Below are positions 18,127 to 33,539 of a DNA stretch of 64,000 bases, in pieces. Origin of the DNA: Spirochaetia bacterium (GTDB lineage Bacteria; Spirochaetota; Spirochaetia; DSM-2461); NCBI GenBank assembly GCA_963666985.2, contig CAXXIA010000001.1, positions 96,001 to 160,000 of the forward strand, given 5' to 3'. The first letter of the stretch is position 1; the number at the start of each line of letters is the position of its first letter. The notes below the pieces were generated by a model. The model ran no database searches. It was not told where the DNA came from and saw only the letters and a program-made list of their open reading frames with translations. A program made the translations under genes and the position numbers.

Positions 18127-19449
18127 ATGAGTTTCGCCAAGCCCACCTCCCTCGGGATTATCGCCTGTCCGGGAGGAGATTCCTTCGCCGATGAAATCGT
18201 CGCCCATCTGAAAACCATTTATCAGAGGCGCTTCGAGAAGAAGGCCCAGTTTATTTCCCGATTGTACGGTTTTGAGGCCGAAGAGACTTTTCGAAGTCTC
18301 AATATGGCCGACGATCTGATGAGTCATCGGGTGTCCGCCGTCGGTCCCGCCGACGCTTATCGGTTTCCTTCTTTTAAAATCCCGTGCAAGTATACCCGCT
18401 TCGCCAACGGAGAAATAAAAACGGAAATCATGCGAAGCGTCCGCGGTATGGATCTCTATATTGTTCAGGATATCGCGAACGAAACACCGGTCCGACTGGG
18501 GGATGAAAAAAGGATTCTCTCGGTTAATGATCATCTTATGACGCTGATGACCGCTATCGACGCGGCTCATCAGGCGGGCGCCCGCCGAGTTTCTTTAGTG
18601 CTTCCGACCTATCCCTACAGCCGTCAGCATAAGAAAAAGGGAAGAGAGGGCCTAACGGCTTCCATGCTCGGACGGATGTTTGAGAACATGGAAGTGGCGC
18701 GAATAATCACTTTGGACATTCACTCACGTGAAATCCAGCATACATTCAAAAGTCTGAGTCTGGAAAATCTTCACGCTTCTTATCAGATTCTGCTGACCGC
18801 GTCGTCGTTTCTGGATTTGGTGAATGAAGACCTTGTCGTGGTTTCACCGGATACCGGCGCCATCGATCGGAATAAATTTTATGCCGACAGTCTGCGCAAG
18901 CCCCTGGCTCTCCTTTATAAAGAACGGGATTACTCGCGGGCTTCGCAGAACGCGGCGGATTCCAACATCACCAGTGCCAGGCTGCTCGGGGACGTGGAGG
19001 GCAAGACCGTTTTTATGGCGGACGATATGCTGGGTACCGGCGGTACTTTGATAAAGGCCATGAAGCTCATACGGGATATGGGAGCGAAAAAGATCATCTG
19101 CAGCGTTTCCCTCCCGTTATTCTCCGGAGGCGCTCAGGCTCACTTCGACAAGGCCTACCAAGAGGGATTGTTCGACTGTGTCATCGGGACAAATGCCGTT
19201 TCCCTGCCCGATTCCATTCTGGAAAGACCCTGGTATCGAAGCGCCAACGTTACAAATCTGTTCGCCAGAGCCATCAGCCGCGTGCATCATAATCGTTCCG
19301 TCTCTCCTCTTTTGGACAACAGCAAGATGATTCAGCGTATGCTGGCGAAAAAAAGCCGGATTCTTCAGCATGATCTTTTTCCGGATGCGAATCCGGTTTC
19401 CAATTGGAGCGCCGGTAAAGATCCCGATGACGAGACCGGTACGGAATAA
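18127..19449 (+). CDS. prs: Ribose-phosphate pyrophosphokinase (long spirochaete type)
   Basis: 'RFANGEIK', 'YPYSRQ', 'TLDIHS', 'VSPDTGA', 'DDMLGTGGTL' PRPP-binding motif. Confidence 0.92.
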   Translation: MSFAKPTSLGIIACPGGDSFADEIVAHLKTIYQRRFEKKAQFISRLYGFEAEETFRSLNMADDLMSHRVSAVGPADAYRFPSFKIPCKYTRFANGEIKTEIMRSVRGMDLYIVQDIANETPVRLGDEKRILSVNDHLMTLMTAIDAAHQAGARRVSLVLPTYPYSRQHKKKGREGLTASMLGRMFENMEVARIITLDIHSREIQHTFKSLSLENLHASYQILLTASSFLDLVNEDLVVVSPDTGAIDRNKFYADSLRKPLALLYKERDYSRASQNAADSNITSARLLGDVEGKTVFMADDMLGTGGTLIKAMKLIRDMGAKKIICSVSLPLFSGGAQAHFDKAYQEGLFDCVIGTNAVSLPDSILERPWYRSANVTNLFARAISRVHHNRSVSPLLDNSKMIQRMLAKKSRILQHDLFPDANPVSNWSAGKDPDDETGTE

Positions 19450-19525
19450 CGGTTCGCGGACCACTTCCGCCTGAAGTGAGCTTCTCGGCCGCGTACCGTT
19501 TCATTCCTTCCGGGAGGAATACGTA

Positions 19526-20899
19526 ATGATTTTGGCGGTAGACCTCGGAACGGGTTCGCTTAAGGCGGGGCTTCTCACTCCCGACGGACGGCTGGAAAGT
19601 CGCGTGCGGATTCCTTACGAGCGCCCATTGCTGCCGGGCGCGGCTCCTTCGGCGGAATTCGATCCTTATGAATGGGAAAGGGCCTTTCATAAGTCGCTCT
19701 CGCTTCTTCCTTCCGTAAAGCTTTCGGCCATGGCCGTCAGCGGAAACGGTCCGACTCTGGTTCCCTGCGACGGTCGGGGACGGCCGCTGGCCCGCACCGA
19801 TCTTTGGCTGCAGTACAGGTCCATACGCTTGGACGAATGTCCCTCCTATTACCTTCCGAAGGCCGCCTGGCTGAATAAAAACGATCACGGCACCTGGGAA
19901 AAAACCCGGATGCTCCTTTCCTGTCCCGAATGGCTTCAGTATCGGCTGACCGGCCGCGCCGTTATGACGATTCCGCACGAAGGATTTCGCCGTTACGTTT
20001 GGGACGATCCTCAACTGACCGCTTACGGTCTGGATAAGTCGCTTTTCCCGGAAATAGTCATGATGGGAAGCCCTGCCGGCTCGGTGACTCCTCAGGCGTC
20101 GGCGGAAACGGGACTGCCCGAGGGGCTTCCCGTTGCGGCGGTGGGATCGGATTTCATGGCCGCGCTCTTGGGGTCGGGCATGAATGAACCCGGTATGGTC
20201 TGCGACAGGGCCGGTACCAGCGAGGGAATCAACTACTGTGCTAAAAAACCTTCCGGAGATCCGAGGCTTCGGGATTTACCGCATGTCGTGGAGGGACTTT
20301 GGAACGCGGCGGCCATCCTTTCGTCCACCGGAGCGGTTTTCGAATGGTACAGAAGACTCACGGGGCAGGAATCACGGCCTTATGAGGAAACGCTTGCCGA
20401 GGTGGAATCCGTGCCTCCGGGGCAGCCGGCGCCATTATTCTTCCCCGGCTCCCGCGGCGGCGCCCTTTGGGAATTCGACGGCGGAAGTTTTCATCGGCTT
20501 CAGCCCGGCCACGGAAAGGCCGAAATGGGGCGTGCCGTGATGGAGGCCATTGCGTTCGCCGTGCGCCGGGGCATCGAAATTCTTGAGAAAGCGGGTCTTC
20601 CCGTCGGTGAAATTCGTGTTACCGGCGGTCAGGCGCGCGGCGATGTCTGGAACCACATGAAGGCCGACATTATCGGGAGGCCTCTGTTTGTTCCCAGAAT
20701 CGAAGATGCCGAACTGGCCGGAGGGGCCGCCTGCGCGGCGGCGGCGCTGGGAAGGGGAGAGAGCCCCCTGGAAACGGCGAAAATCTATGTGGGAATGCGA
20801 ACAAGAGTGGAACCGAGAGAACGGACAAGATCTCTTTACGATGAGGCCTATGCACGCTATCGCGCCGCCTTCGAATCGCTTCCGTATTTATCGGCATGA
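19526..20899 (+). CDS. FGGY-family carbohydrate kinase (xylulokinase-like)
   Basis: 'AVDLGTGSLKA', 'RAGTSEG', 'RAVMEAIAF', 'VTGGQAR' motifs. Confidence 0.85.
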   Translation: MILAVDLGTGSLKAGLLTPDGRLESRVRIPYERPLLPGAAPSAEFDPYEWERAFHKSLSLLPSVKLSAMAVSGNGPTLVPCDGRGRPLARTDLWLQYRSIRLDECPSYYLPKAAWLNKNDHGTWEKTRMLLSCPEWLQYRLTGRAVMTIPHEGFRRYVWDDPQLTAYGLDKSLFPEIVMMGSPAGSVTPQASAETGLPEGLPVAAVGSDFMAALLGSGMNEPGMVCDRAGTSEGINYCAKKPSGDPRLRDLPHVVEGLWNAAAILSSTGAVFEWYRRLTGQESRPYEETLAEVESVPPGQPAPLFFPGSRGGALWEFDGGSFHRLQPGHGKAEMGRAVMEAIAFAVRRGIEILEKAGLPVGEIRVTGGQARGDVWNHMKADIIGRPLFVPRIEDAELAGGAACAAAALGRGESPLETAKIYVGMRTRVEPRERTRSLYDEAYARYRAAFESLPYLSA

Positions 20900-20916
20900 T
20901 CTTTGCATGGAACCGG

Positions 20917-20946
20917 TTGACATAAAAGGCGCGCCGCGGATATCAT
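20917..20946 (+). promoter_or_regulatory. Sigma70 promoter of tRNA-Thr/rpmG
   Basis: TTGACA-N18-TATCAT. Confidence 0.75.
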
Positions 20947-20961
20947 CACCTCCGCTTGCGT

Positions 20962-21034
20962 GCCTCTGTAGCTCAGTCGGTAGAGCACAGCCATGGTAAG
21001 GCTGGGGTCATCGGTTCAAGTCCGATCGGAGGCT
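20962..21034 (+). tRNA. tRNA-Thr(GGT)
   Basis: Full cloverleaf; anticodon arm CAGCC-ATGGTAA-GGCTG; TTCAAGT T-loop; CCA not encoded. Confidence 0.96.
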
Positions 21035-21040
21035 TCCTCC

Positions 21041-21075
21041 ATCCCGCCAGTCTTCGGGCCGGTGGGATCTTTTTT
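21041..21075 (+). terminator. Terminator/attenuator after tRNA-Thr
   Basis: ATCCCGCC...GGTGGGAT stem followed by T-run. Confidence 0.55.
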
Positions 21076-21093
21076 GTAAGGGAGTGAGTTGTT

Positions 21094-21270
21094 ATGGCGA
21101 AAGCGAAAAAGGGAGCCGTCGAAAAGATTGCTCTGCAATGCAGCGAATGCGGCAGGAAAAATTATACCACATCAAAAAACCGGCGAAACATCCAGGGAAA
21201 AATGGAGTTTAAGAAGTATTGTAAGTGGGATAAGAAAGTGACGCTTCACAAGGAAGCGAAAATCAAATAA
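21094..21270 (+). CDS. rpmG: 50S ribosomal protein L33 (absent from ORF track)
   Basis: MAKAKKGAVEKIALQCSECGRKNYTTSKNRRNIQGKMEFKKYCKWDKKVTLHKEAKIK. Confidence 0.95.
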   Translation: MAKAKKGAVEKIALQCSECGRKNYTTSKNRRNIQGKMEFKKYCKWDKKVTLHKEAKIK

Positions 21271-21338
21271 GAAACCGATCGACCCGAGGCGTTACCGGTC
21301 TTGATTTCGCGCCTTTCGGCGATATGGTTGATCCCCCT

Positions 21339-21411
21339 AGGCCAGTAGCTCCAATGGTAGAGCGCCGGTCTCCAAAACCGGATGTTGCAGGTTCGAGTCC
21401 TGCCTGGCCTG
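21339..21411 (+). tRNA. tRNA-Trp(CCA)
   Basis: Cloverleaf; anticodon arm CCGGT-CTCCAAA-ACCGG; canonical position before secE. Confidence 0.96.
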
Positions 21412-21439
21412 CAAAGCCCCTGAATGAGGTGATGAGATT

Positions 21440-21628
21440 ATGAAAAAGATCAAAGCTTTCATTATGGAGAGTTACGGAGAACTGAAGAAGGTCGTATGGC
21501 CCGGCAAGGAATCCGTTATGTCTTCGGCCAAAGTGGTTATTATTTCCACCATCGTATTCGCCTTATTCTTCGGATTCGTCGATTTCCTTCTTTCTCAGGG
21601 ACTCGTCGGACTGTTTAACGTTCTTTAA
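21440..21628 (+). CDS. secE: Preprotein translocase SecE
   Basis: 'ELKKVVWP' motif plus one TM. Confidence 0.93.
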   Translation: MKKIKAFIMESYGELKKVVWPGKESVMSSAKVVIISTIVFALFFGFVDFLLSQGLVGLFNVL

Positions 21629-21638
21629 GGCGGTCGTT

Positions 21639-22193
21639 ATGGCTAAGGGCTGGTACGTCCTGCATACCTTCACGGGACATGAAAACAAAGTGGAGAAATT
21701 TATCCGCTTGATGATGGCCGACGGTACGCTTGGGGATTCCGTTCTCGACGTTAAGGTGCCTTCCGAGGAAGTTACCGAAGTTCGTAACGGTAAGAAAAGA
21801 ACGGTTAATAAAAAATTTCTTCCCGGATATATTCTGGTGGAAATGGACCTTCCCGAAAGGGGATGGAAAATTCCCTGCAGCGCAATCCGTAAAATCCAAG
21901 GTGTTACCGGATTTGTAGGCACCGGCCAGAATTCCAAGCCTCAGCCTATTTCGGCGGACGAGGCTAAAACCATCCTTCAAAAAACCGGAGCCATTAAGGC
22001 CGAGCGCCGTGTTCAGATTAAGCAGGATTTTCAGGTCGGTGAAGAAGTTCGGATTATCGACGGTCCCTTCGAGTCTTTTAAGGGAACCATCGAGGTTGTG
22101 AATCAGGAAAAAGGAAAACTCCGCGTTATGGTCGGAATTTTCGGTCGGTCCACGCCGGTTGAAGTGAGCTTCAATCAGGTGGACCGCAGTTAA
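21639..22193 (+). CDS. nusG: Transcription factor NusG
   Basis: NGN domain ('WYVLHTFTGHE','PGYILVEM') plus KOW. Confidence 0.96.
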   Translation: MAKGWYVLHTFTGHENKVEKFIRLMMADGTLGDSVLDVKVPSEEVTEVRNGKKRTVNKKFLPGYILVEMDLPERGWKIPCSAIRKIQGVTGFVGTGQNSKPQPISADEAKTILQKTGAIKAERRVQIKQDFQVGEEVRIIDGPFESFKGTIEVVNQEKGKLRVMVGIFGRSTPVEVSFNQVDRS

Positions 22194-22276
22194 CGCTGAA
22201 ATCGCGTCGGCCGCATAATGCGGCCTTCCGCGTTTCAATAAAAGAAGAGCGGCGGACTTAATGACCGTCCTCTCCA

Positions 22277-22318
22277 TTTCGGGAGTCGCATGAATGCATG
22301 CGACGTTTGTACCGCGAT
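22277..22318 (+). promoter_or_regulatory. L1-binding leader of rplK-rplA
   Basis: GGGAG-UCGCAUG/CAUGCGAC-GUUUGUACC immediately 5' of the rplK SD, like the known L1 mRNA site. Confidence 0.65.
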
Positions 22319-22330
22319 AGGAGGCCAGAA

Positions 22331-22762
22331 ATGGCGAAAAAGAAAGTTACGGCGATGATCAAACTGCAGGTCCCCGCCGGCAAGGCTACTCCGGCGCCCC
22401 CGGTCGGTCCCGCTTTGGGCCCTCACGGTGTCAGCGCGCCGCAGTTCGTTCAACAGTTCAACGACAGGACGAAGAATCTGGAACCCGGACTCACTATCCC
22501 CGTCGTTATTTCGGTGTATGCCGATCGAAGTTTTACCTTTGAGACCAAAACTCCCCCGGCGGCGGTTCTGATTAAAAAAGCCTGCGGTTTGGATCGGGGT
22601 TCGGCCGAACCTCATAAGGAAAAGGTCGCGAAGATTACCCGCGGTCAGCTCAAACAGATCGCCGAGACGAAAATGCAGGACCTGAACGCCAACGACATCG
22701 ACGCGGCGATTAAAATCATCGCCGGTACGGCCCGAAGCATGGGCGTTACGGTGGAGGGCTAA
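22331..22762 (+). CDS. rplK: 50S ribosomal protein L11
   Basis: '[13 protein letters not shown]'; start at ATG 22331 after AGGAGG. Confidence 0.97.
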   Translation: MAKKKVTAMIKLQVPAGKATPAPPVGPALGPHGVSAPQFVQQFNDRTKNLEPGLTIPVVISVYADRSFTFETKTPPAAVLIKKACGLDRGSAEPHKEKVAKITRGQLKQIAETKMQDLNANDIDAAIKIIAGTARSMGVTVEG

Positions 22763-22767
22763 AAGGG

Positions 22768-23442
22768 ATGAAACACGGAAAGAAATACCGGGAAGCCGCC
22801 GGCAAGCTTGACTCCGCCAAGTCCTACGGAATTGACGAAGGTCTTGAACTTGTAAAATCCATGGCGTTTGCCAAGTTCGACGAAACCGTCGAAGTATCGG
22901 TGAATCTGAACATTAAGAAAAGCCATTCCATACGGGATACTTTTGTTCTTCCTTATCAGTTCGCCGGTGAGAAAAAAGTGCTGGTTTTCGCGAAAGGCGA
23001 TAAGGCCAGGGAGGCCGAAGAAGCCGGAGCGGCTTTCGTCGGCGCCGAAGATCTGGTGGAAAAGATTAAGGGCGGCTGGCTTGATTTCGATATCTGCGTC
23101 GCCACTCCGGATATGATGCGTGAGGTTGGTAAGCTCGGTCCGATTTTGGGTCGGCGGGGCTTGATGCCCAACCCGAAAACACGAACCGTTACGATGGACG
23201 TTAAGGGCGCCGTCGCCGAGCTGAAGCAGGGGCGAATCGAATTTCGGGCCGATAAGGGCGGAGTTGTGCATTTGGCCGTCGGGAAGGTGTCCATGGATAA
23301 GGACCAGCTTAAGGCTAATGTGAAGACTTTCGTGGATGAGCTTGCCAAGAAGCGTCCCTCCGATGTGAAGGGCGATTTTATTAAGTCGGCCTGCGTGTCG
23401 TCCACCATGGGCCCCGGCGTAAAGCTGCAGGTTCAGGAATAG
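22768..23442 (+). CDS. rplA: 50S ribosomal protein L1
   Basis: 'AKFDETVE','[10 protein letters not shown]','STMGPG'. Confidence 0.97.
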   Translation: MKHGKKYREAAGKLDSAKSYGIDEGLELVKSMAFAKFDETVEVSVNLNIKKSHSIRDTFVLPYQFAGEKKVLVFAKGDKAREAEEAGAAFVGAEDLVEKIKGGWLDFDICVATPDMMREVGKLGPILGRRGLMPNPKTRTVTMDVKGAVAELKQGRIEFRADKGGVVHLAVGKVSMDKDQLKANVKTFVDELAKKRPSDVKGDFIKSACVSSTMGPGVKLQVQE

Positions 23443-23454
23443 GGGGATTGAGAA

Positions 23455-23985
23455 ATGGCTGAAGTTAACGTGCAGCAATATAAAATTGACGCCGTCGCCG
23501 AACTGAAGGACGGTCTGGAAAAAACCCGAAGCTTTATTTTCGCCGATTACCGCGGTCTTACCGTGGAGCAGATTTCCGAGCTTCGGGGTTCCCTCAGAGA
23601 AGCCGGCGCCGAATTCCATGTCGTTAAGAATAATTTTGCCAAGATTGCCTTTAAACAGATGGACCACGAAGACGTGGCTCCCTATCTGGTCGGGCCGACG
23701 GCCATCGCGTATTGCGGCGATGAAGCGGGTCCCGTGGCGAAGGCCATACTTAAGTTAAGCAAGGAAATGCCTGTTGAGCTGAAAGGCGGTCTGCTTGACG
23801 GTGAAGTTTATAATGCCGAGGCGGTTGAAGCCTTCAGTAAGCTTCCTTCGAAATTGGAACTTATTCAGATGCTCATGGGAACCATGAATGCTCCTTTGCA
23901 GAACATGGTCTTTGTGCTTAACGGTGTTACGACGAAGTTGGTTCGTACATTGGATGCCGTCAGGGAACAGAAGGCGGCTCAGTAG
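23455..23985 (+). CDS. rplJ: 50S ribosomal protein L10
   Basis: 'DYRGLTV..ISELR','VVKNNF'. Confidence 0.96.
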   Translation: MAEVNVQQYKIDAVAELKDGLEKTRSFIFADYRGLTVEQISELRGSLREAGAEFHVVKNNFAKIAFKQMDHEDVAPYLVGPTAIAYCGDEAGPVAKAILKLSKEMPVELKGGLLDGEVYNAEAVEAFSKLPSKLELIQMLMGTMNAPLQNMVFVLNGVTTKLVRTLDAVREQKAAQ

Positions 23986-24234
23986 CCGAAAATCCGGGAA
24001 TTGCCCGCATTTTTACATCAGGCCGCATGCGGCCGCTTATAAAAATGCCGGTTGTTTCTCTGATTGGCGGATTGAATGGGTAAAGGGCGAATACGGTCGG
24101 AATGTTGTTTCGATTTATTCGCTTAAAATAGGATGAACCGCCGGGAACGGCGGAAATCCGTAAAAAGAGCGGCGTCAGTCTTCTGGGGTTGTCTGCTGTC
24201 GCCGTCGTTAACTAATATATAAGGAGAAGATAAT

Positions 24235-24618
24235 ATGACTACCGAAGAAATCTTGGATGCCATTGCAGGCATGACTGTTCTTGAAGTTTCCGAATTGGTT
24301 AAGGCCATGGAAGAGAAGTTCGGCGTTACTGCCGCCGCTCCCGTAGCCGTGGCCGCCGGTCCCGTAGCCGGTGCCGCTCCCGCTGAGAGCGAAGCCGAAG
24401 AGCAAACCGAATTCGACGTTGTTCTTGCGGGTTTCGGAGACGGCAAGAAAATCGGCGTTATTAAAGAGGTCCGCGCCATTACCGGTTTGGGTCTTAAGGA
24501 AGCCAAGGAACTCGTTGAAGGCGACAAGGGTGTCGTGAAGGAAGGCGTCTCGAAGGATGAGGCCGCCTCCATCAAGGAGAAGCTTGAAGCTGCCGGCGCT
24601 ACCGTTGAGGTTAAGTAA
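24235..24618 (+). CDS. rplL: 50S ribosomal protein L7/L12
   Basis: '[12 protein letters not shown]','[12 protein letters not shown]'. Confidence 0.97.
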   Translation: MTTEEILDAIAGMTVLEVSELVKAMEEKFGVTAAAPVAVAAGPVAGAAPAESEAEEQTEFDVVLAGFGDGKKIGVIKEVRAITGLGLKEAKELVEGDKGVVKEGVSKDEAASIKEKLEAAGATVEVK

Positions 24619-24656
24619 TCGCCCTGCGATTGCGGCCGTTTGTTATTAGTATTCTC

Positions 24657-24697
24657 AAAAGACCACCGGGGTTGTAGAACCCTCGGTGGTTTTGTGT
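24657..24697 (+). terminator. rplL-rpoB attenuator/terminator hairpin
   Basis: AGACCACCGGGGTT...AACCCTCGGTGGTTTT. Confidence 0.65.
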
Positions 24698-24732
24698 CTG
24701 GGAACTCGTTCCCGATTTATAGGGGGGTATAA

Positions 24733-27700
24733 ATGTTCGAGAGATCAGAGAATGACGGCCGTGAGTTTATCGGCCACGGATATGACGAAGTTATCCAGCT
24801 CCCGGATCTTATAGACGTTCAGCTTTCGTCATACGAGAAATTCCTCCAGCGCGACGCTCTGATGTCAGGCGGAGAACTGAAAAAACAGGGGCTGGAAGAG
24901 GTCTTTCAAAGCGTTTTCCCCATTGAAAGCGCAAACAACGAACTGGTGCTCGATTATGAGTACTATACCCTCGATTTTGATGCGGTCAAGCTGAATCAGG
25001 CCGAATGCAAGCGCAAAGGGCTCACGTTCGGCGTTCCTATAAAAGCCAGGGTGAATCTGGTTTTTCAGGCAACCGGAGAGATACGTCAAAAAGACATTTA
25101 CATGGGCGATTTGCCCCTGATGACCAATAGAGGAACATTTATCATCAACGGCGCCGAGCGCGTGGTGGTCAGTCAGATTCACCGAAGCCCCGGAGTGATT
25201 TTTTCCGAGGAAAAAGGTGTCTATAATTCCCGCATTATCCCTTATCGCGGATCTTGGCTCGAATTTGAGATTGATTCCAAGAAAGAATACATTTACGCGA
25301 AAATCGACAGGAAAAAGAAAATTCTGGGAACGATTTTCCTTCGGGCCCTTGGATTCGATACCCGCGAGAAGATTATCGATATTTTCTACGAAAAAAAGAA
25401 AGTAAAGCTTCAGGCGAAACGCGAGAAAAACGAGGAGCTTGTCGGATCCATCTTAGCCGAAGCGGTCTGGCTGGATTTGGAAAATGGTGAGAAAAAGAAG
25501 CTCTATCGGGCCGCGGACAAACTTCATCCGCATGATTTGGACGAACTCCTTCAGGCCGGCGTAAAGAGTCTGAGCATCATCGACATGGATCATGAGAATT
25601 CTCTTCATTCCGATATGATCCTGGCCTGTTTCGACCGTGAAGAGACACGGTTCAATAAAGACGATCCCAATCAGGACGAACCGACCAAAGAAGATGCTTT
25701 GGCCGCCGTATACAGCGTTCTGATGCCCGGTGAGCCCATCACTCTGGAAGCCGCCGAACGGGATTTGGGATCCATGTTCTTTTCTCCCCGTCGGTACGAC
25801 CTTGGCAGAGTCGGCCGCTATAAACTGAATAAGAAATTTGATCAGGATGAAGCCATCGACGATTTGGTCCTGAATAAGCAGGACATCGTTCTGACGATGA
25901 AGTATCTGATTTCCGTATTTATCGGCGAAAAGCAGGTGGATGATATCGATCATCTCGGAAATCGCCGCGTCCGTTCGGTCGGCGAGCTTTTGGGCAACTC
26001 CCTTAAAACGGCCTTCAGCCGCATGGAGCGCATCGCCAAGGAACGGATGAGTCTGAAAGAAATAGAAACGCTTAAGCCTCAGGATCTTGTTTCCATCAAA
26101 CCCATCGTGGCGGCTATCAAGGAGTTCTTCGGGTCCAGTCAGCTCTCGCAGTTCATGGATCAGGTTAATCCGCTTTCGGAGCTGACTCATAAAAGAAGGC
26201 TGAATGCGCTCGGTCCCGGCGGTCTTTCGCGGGATAGGGCCGGTTTTGAGGTTCGGGACGTCCACTATACCCATTACGGAAGAATGTGCCCCATCGAAAC
26301 TCCCGAAGGTCCGAATATCGGGCTGATTGTTTCTCTGGCAAACTATACCCGGATTAATGACTACGGTTTCTTGGAAACGCCTTATAGAAAAGTCGTCGAC
26401 GGAAAGGCCACCCGTGATGTCGAATACCTTTCGGCCATGGATGAAGAGAAATTTTTCATCGCCCAGGCAAGTGCCGTTCTCGACGAAGAAGGCCGCTTTA
26501 AGGAAAAGCTTGTTTCGGTACACCGGAACGGAGACTATACCGTCAGGAATCCGTCCGACATCAAATATATGGATGTTTCTCCCCGGCAGATTATCTCCAC
26601 GGCCGCTTCTCTTATTCCTTTCCTGGAACATGACGATGCAAACCGGGCTTTGATGGGCTGCAACATGCAGCGTCAGGCGGTTCCTCTGCTTTTCCCTGAA
26701 GCGCCTATCGTGGGTACCGGTATGGAAGGAAAGGCCGCCTACGATTCGGGGGTTTTGGTTAAAGCCGTGAACGAGGGAACCATCTCTTATGTTTCCTCAA
26801 CGCGAATCGACGTAACCCGTACCGATGGGAATGTCGATTCCTACGATTTGGTTAAGTACCAGAGAACGAACCAGGATACCTGTTTTAACCAGCGCCCGCT
26901 CGCTAAATTCGGCACTAAAGTGAAAGCCGGAGACGTTCTGGCGGACGGCCCGTCGACACGGTCCGGGGAATTGGCCTTGGGAAGGAACCTTCTTGTCGGT
27001 TTCGTGCCGTGGAACGGATACAATTTCGAGGATGCGGTTCTTATTTCCGAAAAAGTGGTGAAAGAGGACTACTACACCTCGATTCACATTAAAGAATTCG
27101 TTACCGAGGTGAGGGAAACGAAGCTCGGTCCCGAAAAGCTCACCCGAGACATCCCCAACATGGCGGAAAAGTCTTTGGAACATCTGGATGCCGAGGGAAT
27201 CGTTCGTATCGGCGCCACGGTGAAATCCGGTTCCATTCTCGTTGGAAAGGTAACACCCAAGAGCGAGACCGAAACCACCCCTGAGTTTAAACTCCTGAAT
27301 TCAATCTTCGGCGAGAAAGCGAAGGAAGTCCGGGATACATCCCTGAAACTGCCCCACGGCGTCGGCGGAACCGTCATCGACGTTCAGCGGCTCAAGCGCA
27401 GCGAAGGCGACGATTTGAATCCCGGCGTGGATGAAGTGGTGAAGGTCCTCATCGCCACCAAGCGCAAGCTGAAAGAAGGCGACAAAATGGCCGGCCGTCA
27501 CGGAAATAAGGGTGTTGTCGCCCGAGTTCTTCCCGAAGAAGACATGCCGTACACGGAAGACGGACAGCCGCTGGATGTCTGTCTGAATCCTCTGGGTGTT
27601 CCTTCCCGTATGAACATCGGACAGATCATGGAAACCATGCTCGGCATGGCCGGTGCGAAGCTCGGGAAAATGTACGAGACGCCTGTGTTTCAGTCGGCTT

Positions 27701-28224
27701 CCACGGACGACATCAGCGACGAACTCGAAAAGGCCGGACTGCACAGAGCTTCCAAGATGGTTCTTCACGACGGCTTAACCGGTGTTCCTTTCGTTAATCC
27801 GGTTTTCGTAGGCTACATGTACTACCTGAAGCTTCACCATTTGGTTGACGATAAAATGCATGCCCGCTCCACCGGACCTTATTCTTTGGTTACTCAGCAG
27901 CCGCTCGGCGGAAAGGCTCAGTTCGGCGGGCAGAGGCTCGGTGAAATGGAAGTGTGGGCCCTGGAAGCGTACGGCGCGGCCAACACTCTTCAGGAGCTCA
28001 TGACCATCAAGTCCGACGATATGACCGGCCGTGCGAGGATTTACGAAAGTATCGTGAAGGGGGAGCCGGCCATGAGCCCCGGGATACCGGAGTCTTTCAA
28101 TGTTTTGGTTCAGGAATTGCGGGGATTGGCCCTTGATGTTCGAATATTCGATTCCAAGGGCAAACAGCTGCCGTTCACCGAACGCGATGAGGAACTGCTT
28201 AATCGCCAAGGCGGCAGGTTCTAG
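24733..28224 (+). CDS. rpoB: RNA polymerase beta subunit
   Basis: 'SQLSQFMDQ','[12 protein letters not shown]','GGQRLGEME'. Confidence 0.99.
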   Translation: MFERSENDGREFIGHGYDEVIQLPDLIDVQLSSYEKFLQRDALMSGGELKKQGLEEVFQSVFPIESANNELVLDYEYYTLDFDAVKLNQAECKRKGLTFGVPIKARVNLVFQATGEIRQKDIYMGDLPLMTNRGTFIINGAERVVVSQIHRSPGVIFSEEKGVYNSRIIPYRGSWLEFEIDSKKEYIYAKIDRKKKILGTIFLRALGFDTREKIIDIFYEKKKVKLQAKREKNEELVGSILAEAVWLDLENGEKKKLYRAADKLHPHDLDELLQAGVKSLSIIDMDHENSLHSDMILACFDREETRFNKDDPNQDEPTKEDALAAVYSVLMPGEPITLEAAERDLGSMFFSPRRYDLGRVGRYKLNKKFDQDEAIDDLVLNKQDIVLTMKYLISVFIGEKQVDDIDHLGNRRVRSVGELLGNSLKTAFSRMERIAKERMSLKEIETLKPQDLVSIKPIVAAIKEFFGSSQLSQFMDQVNPLSELTHKRRLNALGPGGLSRDRAGFEVRDVHYTHYGRMCPIETPEGPNIGLIVSLANYTRINDYGFLETPYRKVVDGKATRDVEYLSAMDEEKFFIAQASAVLDEEGRFKEKLVSVHRNGDYTVRNPSDIKYMDVSPRQIISTAASLIPFLEHDDANRALMGCNMQRQAVPLLFPEAPIVGTGMEGKAAYDSGVLVKAVNEGTISYVSSTRIDVTRTDGNVDSYDLVKYQRTNQDTCFNQRPLAKFGTKVKAGDVLADGPSTRSGELALGRNLLVGFVPWNGYNFEDAVLISEKVVKEDYYTSIHIKEFVTEVRETKLGPEKLTRDIPNMAEKSLEHLDAEGIVRIGATVKSGSILVGKVTPKSETETTPEFKLLNSIFGEKAKEVRDTSLKLPHGVGGTVIDVQRLKRSEGDDLNPGVDEVVKVLIATKRKLKEGDKMAGRHGNKGVVARVLPEEDMPYTEDGQPLDVCLNPLGVPSRMNIGQIMETMLGMAGAKLGKMYETPVFQSASTDDISDELEKAGLHRASKMVLHDGLTGVPFVNPVFVGYMYYLKLHHLVDDKMHARSTGPYSLVTQQPLGGKAQFGGQRLGEMEVWALEAYGAANTLQELMTIKSDDMTGRARIYESIVKGEPAMSPGIPESFNVLVQELRGLALDVRIFDSKGKQLPFTERDEELLNRQGGRF

Positions 28225-28233
28225 GAGGAAGGG

Positions 28234-32484
<4,251 letters not shown>

Positions 32485-32568
32485 GGGCTCGGTTCTTCGA
32501 AGTGTAGGGAAGATAAATCGCTGTCGACGAAGGATTAGGTTCATTTGTCGTTTTGATTTTCCATGGTC

Positions 32569-32597
32569 TTGACCTTTAGAGGGCAAACCGCTAAGAT
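32569..32597 (+). promoter_or_regulatory. Sigma70 promoter of rpsL
   Basis: TTGACC-N17-TAAGAT. Confidence 0.65.
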
Positions 32598-32685
32598 CTC
32601 CGTGCTTCGGGGACTTGAGCCGATAGCATAGCCGAACGGAAAACAGCAGTATCCGCTCGGAGATTTTGAGGAGTTGACGCATAAA

Positions 32686-33060
32686 ATGCCGACGATCAAC
32701 CAGTTAGTGAGAAAGGGACGAAAGTCTTCACTTAAGAAAACCAACTCACCGGCTCTGCAATCCTGCCCCCAGAAGAGGGGTGTGTGCACCCGCGTGATGA
32801 CAATCACCCCGAAAAAGCCGAATTCCGCGCTCCGAAAAGTTGCGCGTGTTCGGCTGTCCAACGGAATAGAAGTAACCGCTTATATTCCGGGTGTCGGTCA
32901 TAACCTTCAGGAACACTCCGTGGTGTGTATTCGCGGCGGCAGGGTGAAGGATCTTCCGGGTGTCCGGTATCATATTATTCGCGGTACCAAGGATACTCTC
33001 GGAGTCGATGGTCGGAAGCAGGGACGGTCCAAGTACGGGACCAAGAAACCTAAGGCTTAG
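32686..33060 (+). CDS. rpsL: 30S ribosomal protein S12
   Basis: '[12 protein letters not shown]','[10 protein letters not shown]','[10 protein letters not shown]'. Confidence 0.98.
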   Translation: MPTINQLVRKGRKSSLKKTNSPALQSCPQKRGVCTRVMTITPKKPNSALRKVARVRLSNGIEVTAYIPGVGHNLQEHSVVCIRGGRVKDLPGVRYHIIRGTKDTLGVDGRKQGRSKYGTKKPKA

Positions 33061-33068
33061 GAAAGCGT

Positions 33069-33539
33069 ATGTCCAGGAGAAGAGAAACACCTGTCCGGCC
33101 AGTTGATCCGGATTCGAGATACGGAAGCAAGGTTGTTGCGAAATTCGTTAATCGAATGATGATGGCCGGAAAGAAATCGGTCAGTTATCGAAATGTCTAC
33201 GGTGCGATGAGCATTATCGGAGAAAAGTCCGGGAAAGAACCCCTTGAGGTGTTTCTTAAGGCCGTTGATAATGTTAAGCCGCTGGTGGAAGTAAAATCCC
33301 GCCGTGTCGGCGGATCGACCTATCAGGTTCCCATTGAGGTCCGTTCGGCAAGGAGCGAGGCTCTGGCGATGCGCTGGATTATCGCGGCGGCCCGCGGCCG
33401 AAGCGGACGGAGCATGAGCGAAAAGCTGGGCGCCGAATTGCTGGATGCGTTCAACTCCACGGGTGTCGCCTTTAAGAAAAAGGAAGATACCCATAGAATG
33501 GCGGAAGCCAATAAGGCCTTCAGTAATTACAAGTGGTAA
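33069..33539 (+). CDS. rpsG: 30S ribosomal protein S7
   Basis: '[12 protein letters not shown]','[10 protein letters not shown]'. Confidence 0.98.
   Translation: MSRRRETPVRPVDPDSRYGSKVVAKFVNRMMMAGKKSVSYRNVYGAMSIIGEKSGKEPLEVFLKAVDNVKPLVEVKSRRVGGSTYQVPIEVRSARSEALAMRWIIAAARGRSGRSMSEKLGAELLDAFNSTGVAFKKKEDTHRMAEANKAFSNYKW

Noticed and set aside
21094..21270. L33 with CxxC...CxxD, and L24 with two CxxC motifs
   Set aside because: Within known variation of Zn-ribbon ribosomal proteins.
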